The position numbers and the translations under genes are program-made. From assembly GCA_965225855.1 (NCBI GenBank), contig CBDDCK010000005.1:736001-800000 (forward strand): a DNA stretch of 64,000 nt, in the 5' to 3' direction. The DNA comes from Spirochaetia bacterium. Lineage in GTDB: Bacteria > Spirochaetota > Spirochaetia > SP-2023. Shown here piece by piece: positions 1 to 8,874 of the stretch. How positions within the stretch are numbered: position 1 is the first letter of the stretch; each line of letters starts with the position of its first letter. The notes below the pieces were generated by a model that had not been told where the DNA came from, did no database searches, and saw nothing but the letters and a program-made list of their open reading frames with translations.

Positions 1-661
1 TGCTACCACCAAAATAAGTACGCAGCTCAAAATAATAGCTGCCGGCAGAAAGAGTGGGCGTCTCCCCGATAATTTCGGTGGTAGTGTTTTTAATAAGGGT
101 CGAAACCTTATATTCGGTTTTATCGCTTTTGTCAATAAAGTAGCAGCCTTCGCTATTATCTTTTTGTGCGCTGGCCATAACTTTGGCTTTGATGGCATTA
201 CAGGTAAAAGCCCCACCAGAGGTAAGCACATTATTTACCAAACCACTACGAGCATCAATAAAAGAGATAATACCAGCTTTCTTTCTTGTGCCATAGACCT
301 TTTCTATATGCAGCTTGCTTAGCAAGAGCTTGCTAGACTGGCTGGGGTTTATGTGCAATACCACCTGTTGCTTAGATGGATCAAAAGTATCATCGGGGCT
401 GTTAATCACCCCCCTAATGCTAAAGCTGGACTTAAATATATCTAAAGCCACACTTGCACCTTGTTCTATAATATTCTTAAAGGCACGCTCAATCGCAGAT
501 AAATTGGCTTCTGCCTGGCCTCGGACTAAGCCCGGATCGAGCAACAAAACCAAATCAATAAATTCATCTCGGTTATAAACCTTCTCGTCCACCACTTTAG
601 CAATATAAGAGGTCGTATCCTTAGACAAAGGGTTTTTAATTACTTTATATTTAATAGACAT
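1..661 (-). CDS. HU/IHF-like DNA-binding domain protein with C-terminal Ig-like (DUF4469-type) domain; runs off the window start
   Basis: Not in the ORF track. Manual translation from ATG 661 (AGGAG RBS upstream) is open to position 1: MSIKYKVIKNPLSKDTTSYIAKVV...FSIRGVINSPDDTFDPSKQQV...NNVLTSGG...EGCYFI...PTLSAGSYYFELRTYF. Resembles Bacteroidetes/spirochaete HU-like + DUF4469 proteins. Confidence 0.7.
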   Translation of the reverse strand, partial: MSIKYKVIKNPLSKDTTSYIAKVVDEKVYNRDEFIDLVLLLDPGLVRGQAEANLSAIERAFKNIIEQGASVALDIFKSSFSIRGVINSPDDTFDPSKQQVVLHINPSQSSKLLLSKLHIEKVYGTRKKAGIISFIDARSGLVNNVLTSGGAFTCNAIKAKVMASAQKDNSEGCYFIDKSDKTEYKVSTLIKNTTTEIIGETPTLSAGSYYFELRTYFGGS

Positions 662-883
662 AACACAGCTCCTATAGCCATTATGGCTACAAGAATAAAT
701 TAAGGCAAGTGATTCTTTATATAGCTTGGCCCATATTTGGCTCTATGTTACTTTATTGCTTTCATTATTTTTAATAAGCATTTTGGCAGCTTGACCCCAC
801 TAGCAATATTTCTGCAATAAGCTTATGCTTGATACTTTAATACTATTGCTTGGGCTTCCACTATAGCTATATAAGCAAAGCAG

Positions 884-1678
884 ATGGAAAATATAAATAT
901 CGTAAATAACCTCTATACAGCAAATTCTGTTGATTTTATGGCACAATACATAAAGTCTGAAAGTATAGACCTCACCGTTACCTCACCACCCTACGATAAC
1001 CTTAGGGATTACAAAGGCTATACATTCGATTTTGAACATATAGCCCAAGAATTATTTAGGGTAACCAAGAAAGGTGGGATAGTTGTTTGGATTGTGGGCG
1101 ATAAAATACACAATGGCAACAAATCCCTCACCAGTTTTAGGCAAGCTCTGTATTTCCAAGAGCTTGGTTTTAATGCCCATGATGTGATGATCTATGCCAA
1201 GAAGAATACGCCTTTTATGCGCTCTAATGCCTATACCAACGGCCATGAATATATGTTGATTCTAGCTAAGGGCAAACCCAAAACATTTAACCCATTAAAA
1301 GAACCAACGGTAAGAAGTGGCATGGAAATGCTGGTGCACAACAAAGGCCCCGATGCCCAAAACAACAAGGTACTAAAAGAGCTCAAGAAAGAGAAAACCA
1401 AAAGCAATATATGGTACTATGCCGTTGGCTTAGGTGGCAGTACCAATGATAAAGTGGCATTTCAGCATCCCGCCATCTATCCAGAGCAATTAGCAGCCGA
1501 TCATATACTATCTTGGAGCAATGAAGGCGAGCTTGTATTAGACCCTATGTGTGGCTCTGGCACCACCTGTAAGATGGCCAAGCTAAACAATAGAAACTAT
1601 ATTGGCATTGATATTAGTGAAGAATATATAAATATTGCCCAGCAAAGGCTTAAACAAACAGCAGGGCTCTTTAAATGA
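884..1678 (+). CDS. Site-specific DNA methyltransferase (beta class, likely N4-cytosine), cognate of the downstream REase
   Basis: TSPPY catalytic motif near the N-terminus, HPAIYP, and DPMCGSGTT SAM-binding motif. Stop overlaps the REase start. Confidence 0.9.
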   Translation: MENINIVNNLYTANSVDFMAQYIKSESIDLTVTSPPYDNLRDYKGYTFDFEHIAQELFRVTKKGGIVVWIVGDKIHNGNKSLTSFRQALYFQELGFNAHDVMIYAKKNTPFMRSNAYTNGHEYMLILAKGKPKTFNPLKEPTVRSGMEMLVHNKGPDAQNNKVLKELKKEKTKSNIWYYAVGLGGSTNDKVAFQHPAIYPEQLAADHILSWSNEGELVLDPMCGSGTTCKMAKLNNRNYIGIDISEEYINIAQQRLKQTAGLFK

Positions 1679-2244
1679 TAAACATAGAAGATATTGTTGT
1701 GAATACATCATCAATAAATGATGTAGTGCCCAATTCGTTAGGGATTATCAAAGCGATCAACGGTAACAATGCTATGGTACTGTTTGTTGGCTTAAATAAA
1801 CTGTTGAGAGTGAGCTTGGAACATTTACAGGCAATCGAACCAAACAAGACAGGAAAAGGCTATACTCAAAAGATATGTAACATTTGCCATATCTTACAAG
1901 AAACAGACCAATTCGATGTCAACCAAACCGATGCCAAAGGCAGGAAAACCACACGCCCAAGTTGTAAAACCTGTAGGCAAGGCATAGATGGGGTGCAATT
2001 AAAACCAGAAGAGAAAAAGAGAATGGATAAAATCAAGCCACCAGAAGGAAGTGTGTTTGAATGCCCTATCTGCCAAAAGAGGACGATTGTGGGTATTACG
2101 GCTAATCTAGTGCGAGATCATGACCATAAAACAGGGCAAGGTCGGGAATGGATTTGTGATAGTTGCAATACGGGGTTAGGACGCTTTAAAGATGACGCCC
2201 AGTTTTTACATCGTGTTATTGCATATTTACAAAGACATAAATGA
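1675..2244 (+). CDS. Hpy99I-family type II restriction endonuclease (zinc-binding HNH)
   Basis: Four CxxC pairs (CNIC, CKTC, CPIC, CDSC) and DHDH...CDSCNTGLGRFKDD beta-beta-alpha-Me motif; 189 aa; paired with an MTase. Confidence 0.8.
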   Translation: MINIEDIVVNTSSINDVVPNSLGIIKAINGNNAMVLFVGLNKLLRVSLEHLQAIEPNKTGKGYTQKICNICHILQETDQFDVNQTDAKGRKTTRPSCKTCRQGIDGVQLKPEEKKRMDKIKPPEGSVFECPICQKRTIVGITANLVRDHDHKTGQGREWICDSCNTGLGRFKDDAQFLHRVIAYLQRHK

Positions 2245-2393
2245 ACTCTAGTAGAAAACGCCTCAACTCTGTAAAACGAATATAATTAAAGATGAGCTTA
2301 AAGAATCCTAAAGAATTTTTTTCGTTCTAAACCCAGACTTGCTTAGATTTTATATTAAAGCGCAACTATTACCGATAGTCGGTCTATGGTATC

Positions 2394-4304
2394 TTATTTC
2401 ATGCTCCCTAAGTTAATTACCAAGTTTCGCAGTTCAGAAACACTGTTAGCAGATAGCCATTGTTGCTCAAAATCAAGCGTCTCTTCAGCCATAGTGGCAA
2501 TGGTAGCCAAGCATTCCAAATGCTTACGGCGTTGGTGTGGGCCGCCGCCCAATAGGAAAATCGCCTTAACGCTACCGTGTTGCTCATCAAAGTAGATGCC
2601 CTCCTTGCAGCGGATAATCTGCATAAATAGCTCATGCTCGCCTTCGGTAATAAAGTGGGGTATGGCCAAAAACGGGCTAAAGGCGGTAGAACCTTCAGCT
2701 TGCCGTTGCAAGAAGCGTTGCTCTAAAACTTCTGGTGTTAAGCCTGTTTCGGTTGCCAAAGTCTTGCTGCTGGCCTTTAGCATATTGGCAAAGGCCATAG
2801 AATAGGGTAGGTCTAAAATCTCTGCTTTGTGTACCATCTCTTGGAAGGTATTCAGCTTGACATCATCGCGGTAGAGCAGTACATCGAGCAGCTCATCTTC
2901 TAGGTTGCCGCTATCCAAATGCCTGTCGATAATGCGGCGCAGCAAGTAGACTAAGGCAAAACTATGGCTACCGTGTTTGCGGCCATAGAACCAATAAATG
3001 GCAATGCTAAATATAAGGAAGAACAAACTAATGCCGATGGTACGAGAACCAATGTCTACCACAAAAAAGCCAAAGATGATAATCGCAATAATTTGTAACC
3101 AAGGATAAAACGGTGCACGAAAGCTGGGTTGGTAATTGGTAACTCGGCTTTCGCGAAAGATAATGAGGGCCAAATTGGTTAGAATATACGAGCTAAGCAC
3201 AGCAGCCGAAGCTGCCTTTACTAAAGTGCTCAAAGGCAAAAATAAGGCAATGGCAATGATTGCGCCCGTTAAGGCCAAGGCCGGTATTGGTGTTTGGTAG
3301 CGGGGGTGAACCTTGCCTATCCAAGCTGGTAGTAACTTGTCTCGGCTTAGAGCCATTGGGTAGCGCGATGCTGCCATAATGCCCGCATTGGCGGTAGTGA
3401 TAAACGCAAACAGGGAGGCCAGCAATACAATATGGTAGGCGATATTGGCAGCCATCTGGTTAAGGCCAAAGCCCGCCACAATGAGCCGTGCCGAATCGGC
3501 TACCGGAGCTAGTGAGTTCTGCAAGGTTTCACTGGGCACTACCGCTACTAAAATAATATTGATTAGGACATACAGAACGGTTACGACTATAATGGATAAG
3601 CTCATACCCAATGGCAAATTGCGTTTGGGGTTGTCGATTTCTTCGGCAATATTGGTAACCTTGAGCAAGCCCCCAAACGAGACAAAAACAAAGCTGGAGA
3701 CAGCCAATAAATTCAGCCATTTACTTTGGGAATTGAGGTTGTGCCAATGGAAACCTTGCTCTATCGCTCGCCAAAGTTCTGGTATGCGCGAACCTTCTGC
3801 TACTGTTTGCAGGCCCAAAGTAATACCCGCCAAACTGTAGAGCAGCAATAGACCCAAAAGGAAAAACACCAACAGGTTTTGCAAGGTAATGGCCTCCTTT
3901 GTGCCTACGGCATTGAGCAACACAAATAAGGCGCAAAGGACTAAACCGCTTAGCGCTGGTGCAATACCCAAAAAACGCAGCAGCACTTCACTGATACCAA
4001 AGATAGCAAACGCACTTTTTAAGGACAGTGCAAACCAGCCAAAAATCCCCGAAATGCTGCCAATGAAACCACCAAAGGTTTTATGGATAAAGTAATAATC
4101 CCCGCCCGATTTGGGCATGGCGGTAGCTAGTTCCATAATGCTGAAAGAACCACAAAAGGCCAGCAGCCCGGCAATGAGATAGGCAAGGCTAACCGCTGGC
4201 CCCAATTGAGAAAATGCTAAGCTGGGTAGAATAAAAATCCCAGAGCTAATCATTGCTCCGGTAGCGATGGTAAAAACCCCAGTTAAACGTATATGTTTGG
4301 CCAT
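2394..4304 (-). CDS. APC-family amino acid permease fused to a C-terminal PTS EIIA (type 2)-like domain
   Basis: GAMISSGIFILP (TM1), ELATAMPKSGGDY, AEEIDNPKRNLP and about 12 hydrophobic segments. C-terminal R..EGSTAF...LAIPH is the PTS EIIA-2 signature. Confidence 0.85.
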   Translation of the reverse strand: MAKHIRLTGVFTIATGAMISSGIFILPSLAFSQLGPAVSLAYLIAGLLAFCGSFSIMELATAMPKSGGDYYFIHKTFGGFIGSISGIFGWFALSLKSAFAIFGISEVLLRFLGIAPALSGLVLCALFVLLNAVGTKEAITLQNLLVFFLLGLLLLYSLAGITLGLQTVAEGSRIPELWRAIEQGFHWHNLNSQSKWLNLLAVSSFVFVSFGGLLKVTNIAEEIDNPKRNLPLGMSLSIIVVTVLYVLINIILVAVVPSETLQNSLAPVADSARLIVAGFGLNQMAANIAYHIVLLASLFAFITTANAGIMAASRYPMALSRDKLLPAWIGKVHPRYQTPIPALALTGAIIAIALFLPLSTLVKAASAAVLSSYILTNLALIIFRESRVTNYQPSFRAPFYPWLQIIAIIIFGFFVVDIGSRTIGISLFFLIFSIAIYWFYGRKHGSHSFALVYLLRRIIDRHLDSGNLEDELLDVLLYRDDVKLNTFQEMVHKAEILDLPYSMAFANMLKASSKTLATETGLTPEVLEQRFLQRQAEGSTAFSPFLAIPHFITEGEHELFMQIIRCKEGIYFDEQHGSVKAIFLLGGGPHQRRKHLECLATIATMAEETLDFEQQWLSANSVSELRNLVINLGSMK

Positions 4305-4512
4305 GAATCAATAAACCTTTATTGGAATATGCCTTAAAAGGCGTGCCCGTTATGGCAAAGTAGCAGAAAATACTAGGAGTATTTAGCACCAGCGGAAACG
4401 GCAACGCTTTTAACAAAAAAAGCCGATTATGGCAATTCCCATAAAATGTAAAAATTATTTATAATTGCTAGCTTATCTTATTGATAATCTTATTTATGGG
4501 TGGTGGCAACCA

Positions 4513-5439
4513 ATGCGGCATTTTATCGACTTGCGTGATTTTAATTTAGCTGAAATGGAAGATATTCTGAAATTATCGGCGCGACTAAAAGCAAACCCTT
4601 CACTAAAGTTATTGCACAACAAACAGGTAGCGTTGATCTTTGAGAAGAACTCTACTCGTACTCGCATGTCTTTTGAAGTGGGGGTCAACCAATTAGGTGG
4701 TAATAGTTTGGTAATTGATGGGGTCAACAGCCACATTGGTAGTAAAGAAAATCTGTATGATTCAGCCAAAGTGATGTCGCGCTTTGTGGATATGATTATG
4801 ATTCGTGCCAATAGCCATGACGATGTGGTGGAACTGGCAACCCATGCGGAAGTACCTATCATCAATGGCTTAACGGACTACAACCACCCCTGCCAAGTAT
4901 TGGCCGATATTTTTACTTATATAGAACATCGTGGCCCGATACAAGGCAAAAAAATTGCTTGGATTGGCGATGCCAACAATATGGCTAATACTTTTGTGCA
5001 TGCTGCTTTTCTCTTTGGTTTTGACTTGGCCATTGCCACGCCTTTGGAATACCAATTGGTAGGTACTGTACAACGTTGGGCTGCCAAGCAAAAAGCTGAA
5101 GGCAAAGCTGGCAGTATTGTCCAGCATCTGAACCCAGAACATGGTTTAATTGCAGCAACCCAACAGGCAGATTTAGTAGTAACAGATACTTGGTTATCTA
5201 TGGGGGTTACAGACTATGAACTGCGTAAAGCCGTATTTTCACCGTATTACACAGTAACGGCTGACTTACTCAAACATGCCAAAGCCGATGCTTTGTTTAT
5301 GCATTGCCTACCGGCCAGCAGGGGGCAAGAAGTTACAGACGAAGTTATGGACGGCCCGCAGTCGGTAATTTTTGATGAAGCAGAAAACCGCTTACATGTG
5401 CAAAAAGCCATTATGGCATGGCTGCTGCACCATGTATGA
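4513..5439 (+). CDS. argF: Ornithine carbamoyltransferase
   Basis: STRTR carbamoyl-phosphate motif, HPCQ, DTWLSMG, HCLP, EAENRLH. Start placed at ATG 4513 (MRHFIDL). Confidence 0.95.
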   Translation: MRHFIDLRDFNLAEMEDILKLSARLKANPSLKLLHNKQVALIFEKNSTRTRMSFEVGVNQLGGNSLVIDGVNSHIGSKENLYDSAKVMSRFVDMIMIRANSHDDVVELATHAEVPIINGLTDYNHPCQVLADIFTYIEHRGPIQGKKIAWIGDANNMANTFVHAAFLFGFDLAIATPLEYQLVGTVQRWAAKQKAEGKAGSIVQHLNPEHGLIAATQQADLVVTDTWLSMGVTDYELRKAVFSPYYTVTADLLKHAKADALFMHCLPASRGQEVTDEVMDGPQSVIFDEAENRLHVQKAIMAWLLHHV

Positions 5440-5721
5440 ACATGTATGAATCAAACCTAAGGCAAAATAAAATCCACAATTATTTATGATTTTTCATATA
5501 GTCCCGTTACAGTAGCGTTCACTTTACCAGATAGCTGCCATATAATTCTTACAGAATTAGAACATATTTTGTTACGAAAACCTTAGTTGTTTGCGCAAAG
5601 CGCTTTCGCTATATACCCAGAAGAGCCGCAAGGTAAAGGCCAAAGGGCTTCAGATAAAAAAAGCAGATTCACAAATTGGGGCATCGACTTATCATTATCT
5701 AATTAAAGTAGCCAGCCCCCT

Positions 5722-5843
5722 CTACCCATAGAATAACCTCCCACCTATGTAATAGAATCGACCCAAATCTATCTATAGAATTACCTCCCACCTATGGATA
5801 GAATTGACCTAAATCTATCCATAGATTTACCTCCCACCTATTA
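5722..5843. repeat. Tandem array of five 23/24-bp units (alternating A/B types) with palindromic core CTATNNATAG
   Basis: Units start at 5722, 5745, 5769, 5792, 5815, plus a partial unit at 5838. Examples: ctatctatagaattacctcccac and ctatggatagaattgacctaaat. Confidence 0.85.
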
Positions 5844-6289
5844 ATACCCTAGTCTTTAATGAAATTTTCTACATCGGCACATAATCAAGGACCTATACAA
5901 CAATCATCGGCAATCGTTGGCCAAATTCTGAACGCCCCTGAAAGAATAATATCCCGTTTTCATTTTCATTAAATGTTTCACCTTTTGGAGATTGCCCCAT
6001 AGTGTAATTAAGGTATAATCAAGTATTTTATTCAATTCTACACTTTCCCACCCCAAAGGCTGAAACAACCAACACCCTTAAGCCTTTTGATTGGCATGGA
6101 TTTTGAACTACCTTACAACACTAAACAACACTAACACACAAAAAAAGTGCCCAAACATAAAAAAAGCACAAAAAAACTTACAAAAAGCTTATATAGACCT
6201 TGACGCAACACCCCCCCTAGCAAAATGGGGCACTGTACACTAGCCCGTATGGGTTGGTTAATCTTTATCCCTTGTTGGAGGTATTGCTT

Positions 6290-8401
6290 ATGTATAAGCT
6301 CAAACTATTTTTATTGCCTGTAGCATTGCTACTGGCCTTTATGGCCTTTGCCTGCGCCCCACCCGATGACAACGATGACAATGGTGCGCCATCTTCTGGG
6401 CCGACTATCAATAACGCCATCTACGACTTTGCTACGGCGCTGTTAACCGTACAAGGTACTGACTTAAGTCCTACAGAAGCGCAAATCCAAACCATCGTGG
6501 TAGGAAGCCAAACAAATGGTGTAGCCTTAAGTTCCTATACTGCAGATGAGGATGCCACTGGGCCAAATAGTAACAGTCTTGCAAAAGGTAAGTACCGTAT
6601 TAAAACCGATGGCACAGCGCTTTGGCTTAGACTTACCGATCGACATAAAGCTGCTCTTCAGGCCAAGTTGGGTAGCGATGGTCTAAAAAAAGGCTTGCTT
6701 AGCGTTGGCTCTGGTGCTTGGGCGGGTTTAAATACAGCCAAAGACTTGGACGTTAGGAATGTACCCGGTAAGCAGTCGCCTAAGCAAGCTGAACAAACCG
6801 AACAGCAGTCGCCTAAGCAAGCTAAAGTCGAACAAGACGAACAAGCTGAACAAGCCAAACAAACTGAAGAAGTCGAAGATAAGCAGTCTAAGACCGAAAC
6901 TGAAGATCAGTCGCTTAAGCTACCCGAAGCTGCAATTACCCGTGCAACCTACAATGTTGGCACGGCGCTGTTAACCGTACAAGGTACTCACTTAAGTCCT
7001 ACCAGTGCGACCCAAGCACAAATCCAAACTATCACGGTAGCTGGCTTAGCCTTAAGTTCCTATATTGCAGATGGCACAGCCACTGGGCCAGATAGTCGTG
7101 GTCTTGCAAAAGGTAAGTACCGTATTAAAGGCGATGGCACAGCGCTTTGGCTTTATCTTACCGATCCACATAAAGCTACTCTGAATGGCAAGGACGGTAT
7201 GGATAGCAATGGTCTAAAAGATGGGTTGCTTAGCGTTGGTACTGGTGCTTGGGCGGGTTTAGATGCAGCCAAAGCCTTGGCCGTTAGTGGAAACCCCGCA
7301 CCCACAATTACCCGTGCAACCTACAATGTTGGCACGGCGCTGTTAACTGTACAAGGTACTGACTTAGCTAGTGCGACCCAAGCGCAAATCCAAACTATCG
7401 TGGTAGATGGCTTAGCCTTAAGTTCCTATACTGCAGATGCCACAGCTACTGGGCCAGATAGTCGCGGTCTTGCAAAAGGTAAGTACCGCATGCATAGCGC
7501 TGGCACAGCGCTTTGGCTTTACCTTACCGATACCGATAAAACTACTCTGAATGGCAAGACAGGTATGGATAGCAATGGTCTAAAAGATGGGTTGCTTAGC
7601 GTTGGCACTGGTGCTTGGGCGGGTTTAGATACAGCCAAAGCCTTGGCCGTTAGTGGAAACCCACCCGCAATTACCAGTGCAACCTACAATGCTGCTACAG
7701 CTGTGTTAGTGATTACAGGTGTCAATTTACCGTCATCAGTGTATGGCTGGGACTTTAGCAAATTGAGGCTTGTCGCAGGTAATGGCCGTAAGAGTCAACC
7801 ATTATTACGGCACAGACCAACCGGTAGAAACAGAGCCACAGGTTCTAATGCAAGTGCAACAAGCTTAACGATTACTTTAAAGGGTAGTGAATACACGAAA
7901 GCCAGTAATATATTGGTTAAGAATGGTGATAGTGATGATGCTGGTGCATACAACCTGGAAGCAGCAGCAGGATTTGCAGGTGGTAGCGCAGCAGACACAA
8001 GCAACCCTATTACCGTTAGTGGGTATGTAGTCAGAATCGATGACGCATACTACTCTGTTAGTAGAGGCATATTATGGATTTCTGGTAGCGGTTTACCGTC
8101 AACAGTTGAAGAGTGGGACTTTAGCAAATTGACGCTTGTATCCGGTGATGGTAATAAGAGATACACATTACCCCGGCACTCAACTGTAGGTGAAAACACA
8201 GCCACAGGTTCTAATGCAATTATAAGCAGCTTAACGATTACTTTAAGCGGTAATGTAAAAGCGGAAGTCGAGAAGATATTGGTTAAGAATGGTAAAAGTG
8301 ATGATACTGGTGCATACAACCTTAAAGTAGCAGCAGGATTTGTAATGGGTGGTTCAGCAGACCCAACCAATGCTATTGAAGTTATAGGAGTTGTTGAATA
8401 G
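6290..8401 (+). CDS. Surface lipoprotein built of about 120-aa beta-rich repeats (3 type A + 2 type B) with a Q/E/K-rich linker
   Basis: GGAGG RBS before ATG 6290; signal peptide MYKLKLFLLPVALLLAFMAFA-C (lipobox); repeated IT.ATYN...LLTVQGT...GAWAGL units. Confidence 0.8.
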   Translation: MYKLKLFLLPVALLLAFMAFACAPPDDNDDNGAPSSGPTINNAIYDFATALLTVQGTDLSPTEAQIQTIVVGSQTNGVALSSYTADEDATGPNSNSLAKGKYRIKTDGTALWLRLTDRHKAALQAKLGSDGLKKGLLSVGSGAWAGLNTAKDLDVRNVPGKQSPKQAEQTEQQSPKQAKVEQDEQAEQAKQTEEVEDKQSKTETEDQSLKLPEAAITRATYNVGTALLTVQGTHLSPTSATQAQIQTITVAGLALSSYIADGTATGPDSRGLAKGKYRIKGDGTALWLYLTDPHKATLNGKDGMDSNGLKDGLLSVGTGAWAGLDAAKALAVSGNPAPTITRATYNVGTALLTVQGTDLASATQAQIQTIVVDGLALSSYTADATATGPDSRGLAKGKYRMHSAGTALWLYLTDTDKTTLNGKTGMDSNGLKDGLLSVGTGAWAGLDTAKALAVSGNPPAITSATYNAATAVLVITGVNLPSSVYGWDFSKLRLVAGNGRKSQPLLRHRPTGRNRATGSNASATSLTITLKGSEYTKASNILVKNGDSDDAGAYNLEAAAGFAGGSAADTSNPITVSGYVVRIDDAYYSVSRGILWISGSGLPSTVEEWDFSKLTLVSGDGNKRYTLPRHSTVGENTATGSNAIISSLTITLSGNVKAEVEKILVKNGKSDDTGAYNLKVAAGFVMGGSADPTNAIEVIGVVE

Positions 8402-8410
8402 GGTTTGGTT

Positions 8411-8446
8411 CAGCCTTGGTAAGTTTTCTTATCAAGGCTGCTTTTA
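8411..8446 (+). terminator. Probable intrinsic terminator of the lipoprotein gene
   Basis: CAGCCTTGGTAAG-TTTT-CTTATCAAGGCTG 13-bp stem (one G-U pair) followed by CTTTT, 10 nt after the stop codon. Confidence 0.7.
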
Positions 8447-8515
8447 TCAATTACAGCCTTAGTATGGAGAACATACCAAGGCCAAAACCACCAAGCTAAA
8501 ACGTTGCCATAAAAA

Positions 8516-8770
8516 TTAAGAGAGTCTCTTAATGCTTAATAAGAGAATTTCTTAATGCATAAAAAGAGAATTTCTTAATGCATAAAAAGAGAATTTCTTA
8601 ATGCTTAATAAGAGAATTTCTTAATGCTTAATAAGAGAATTTCTTAATGCTTAATAAGAGAATTTCTTAATGCTTAATAAGAGAATTTCTTAATGCTTAA
8701 TAAGAGAATTTCTTAATGCTTAATAAGAGAGTCTCTTAATACCCAACAAGAGAATTTCTTAATAACTAAC
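8516..8770. repeat. Tandem array of 11 x 23-bp units (AAGAGAATTTCTTAATGCTTAAT) with palindromic core
   Basis: AAGAGA recurs at 8518, 8541, 8564 ... 8748, exactly every 23 bp. Units 1 and 10 contain the inverted repeat TAAGAGA-G-TCTCTTA. Confidence 0.95.
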
Positions 8771-8874
8771 AACAGACCTTAGAAATTGTACTTAGCATAA
8801 ATTCTGTAAAGTTGAAATTGCATTTAATGATTTTTCCTATACTTTGGTTGGCATACCACCCAAAGAGCTAAACT

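Noticed and set aside
315..578. 87-aa plus-strand ORF and the many other short nested ORFs in the track
   Set aside because: They lie antisense or out of frame within well-supported genes and show no motifs.
8516..8770. CRISPR array
   Set aside because: Units are directly adjacent with no unique spacers, and there are no cas genes in the window.
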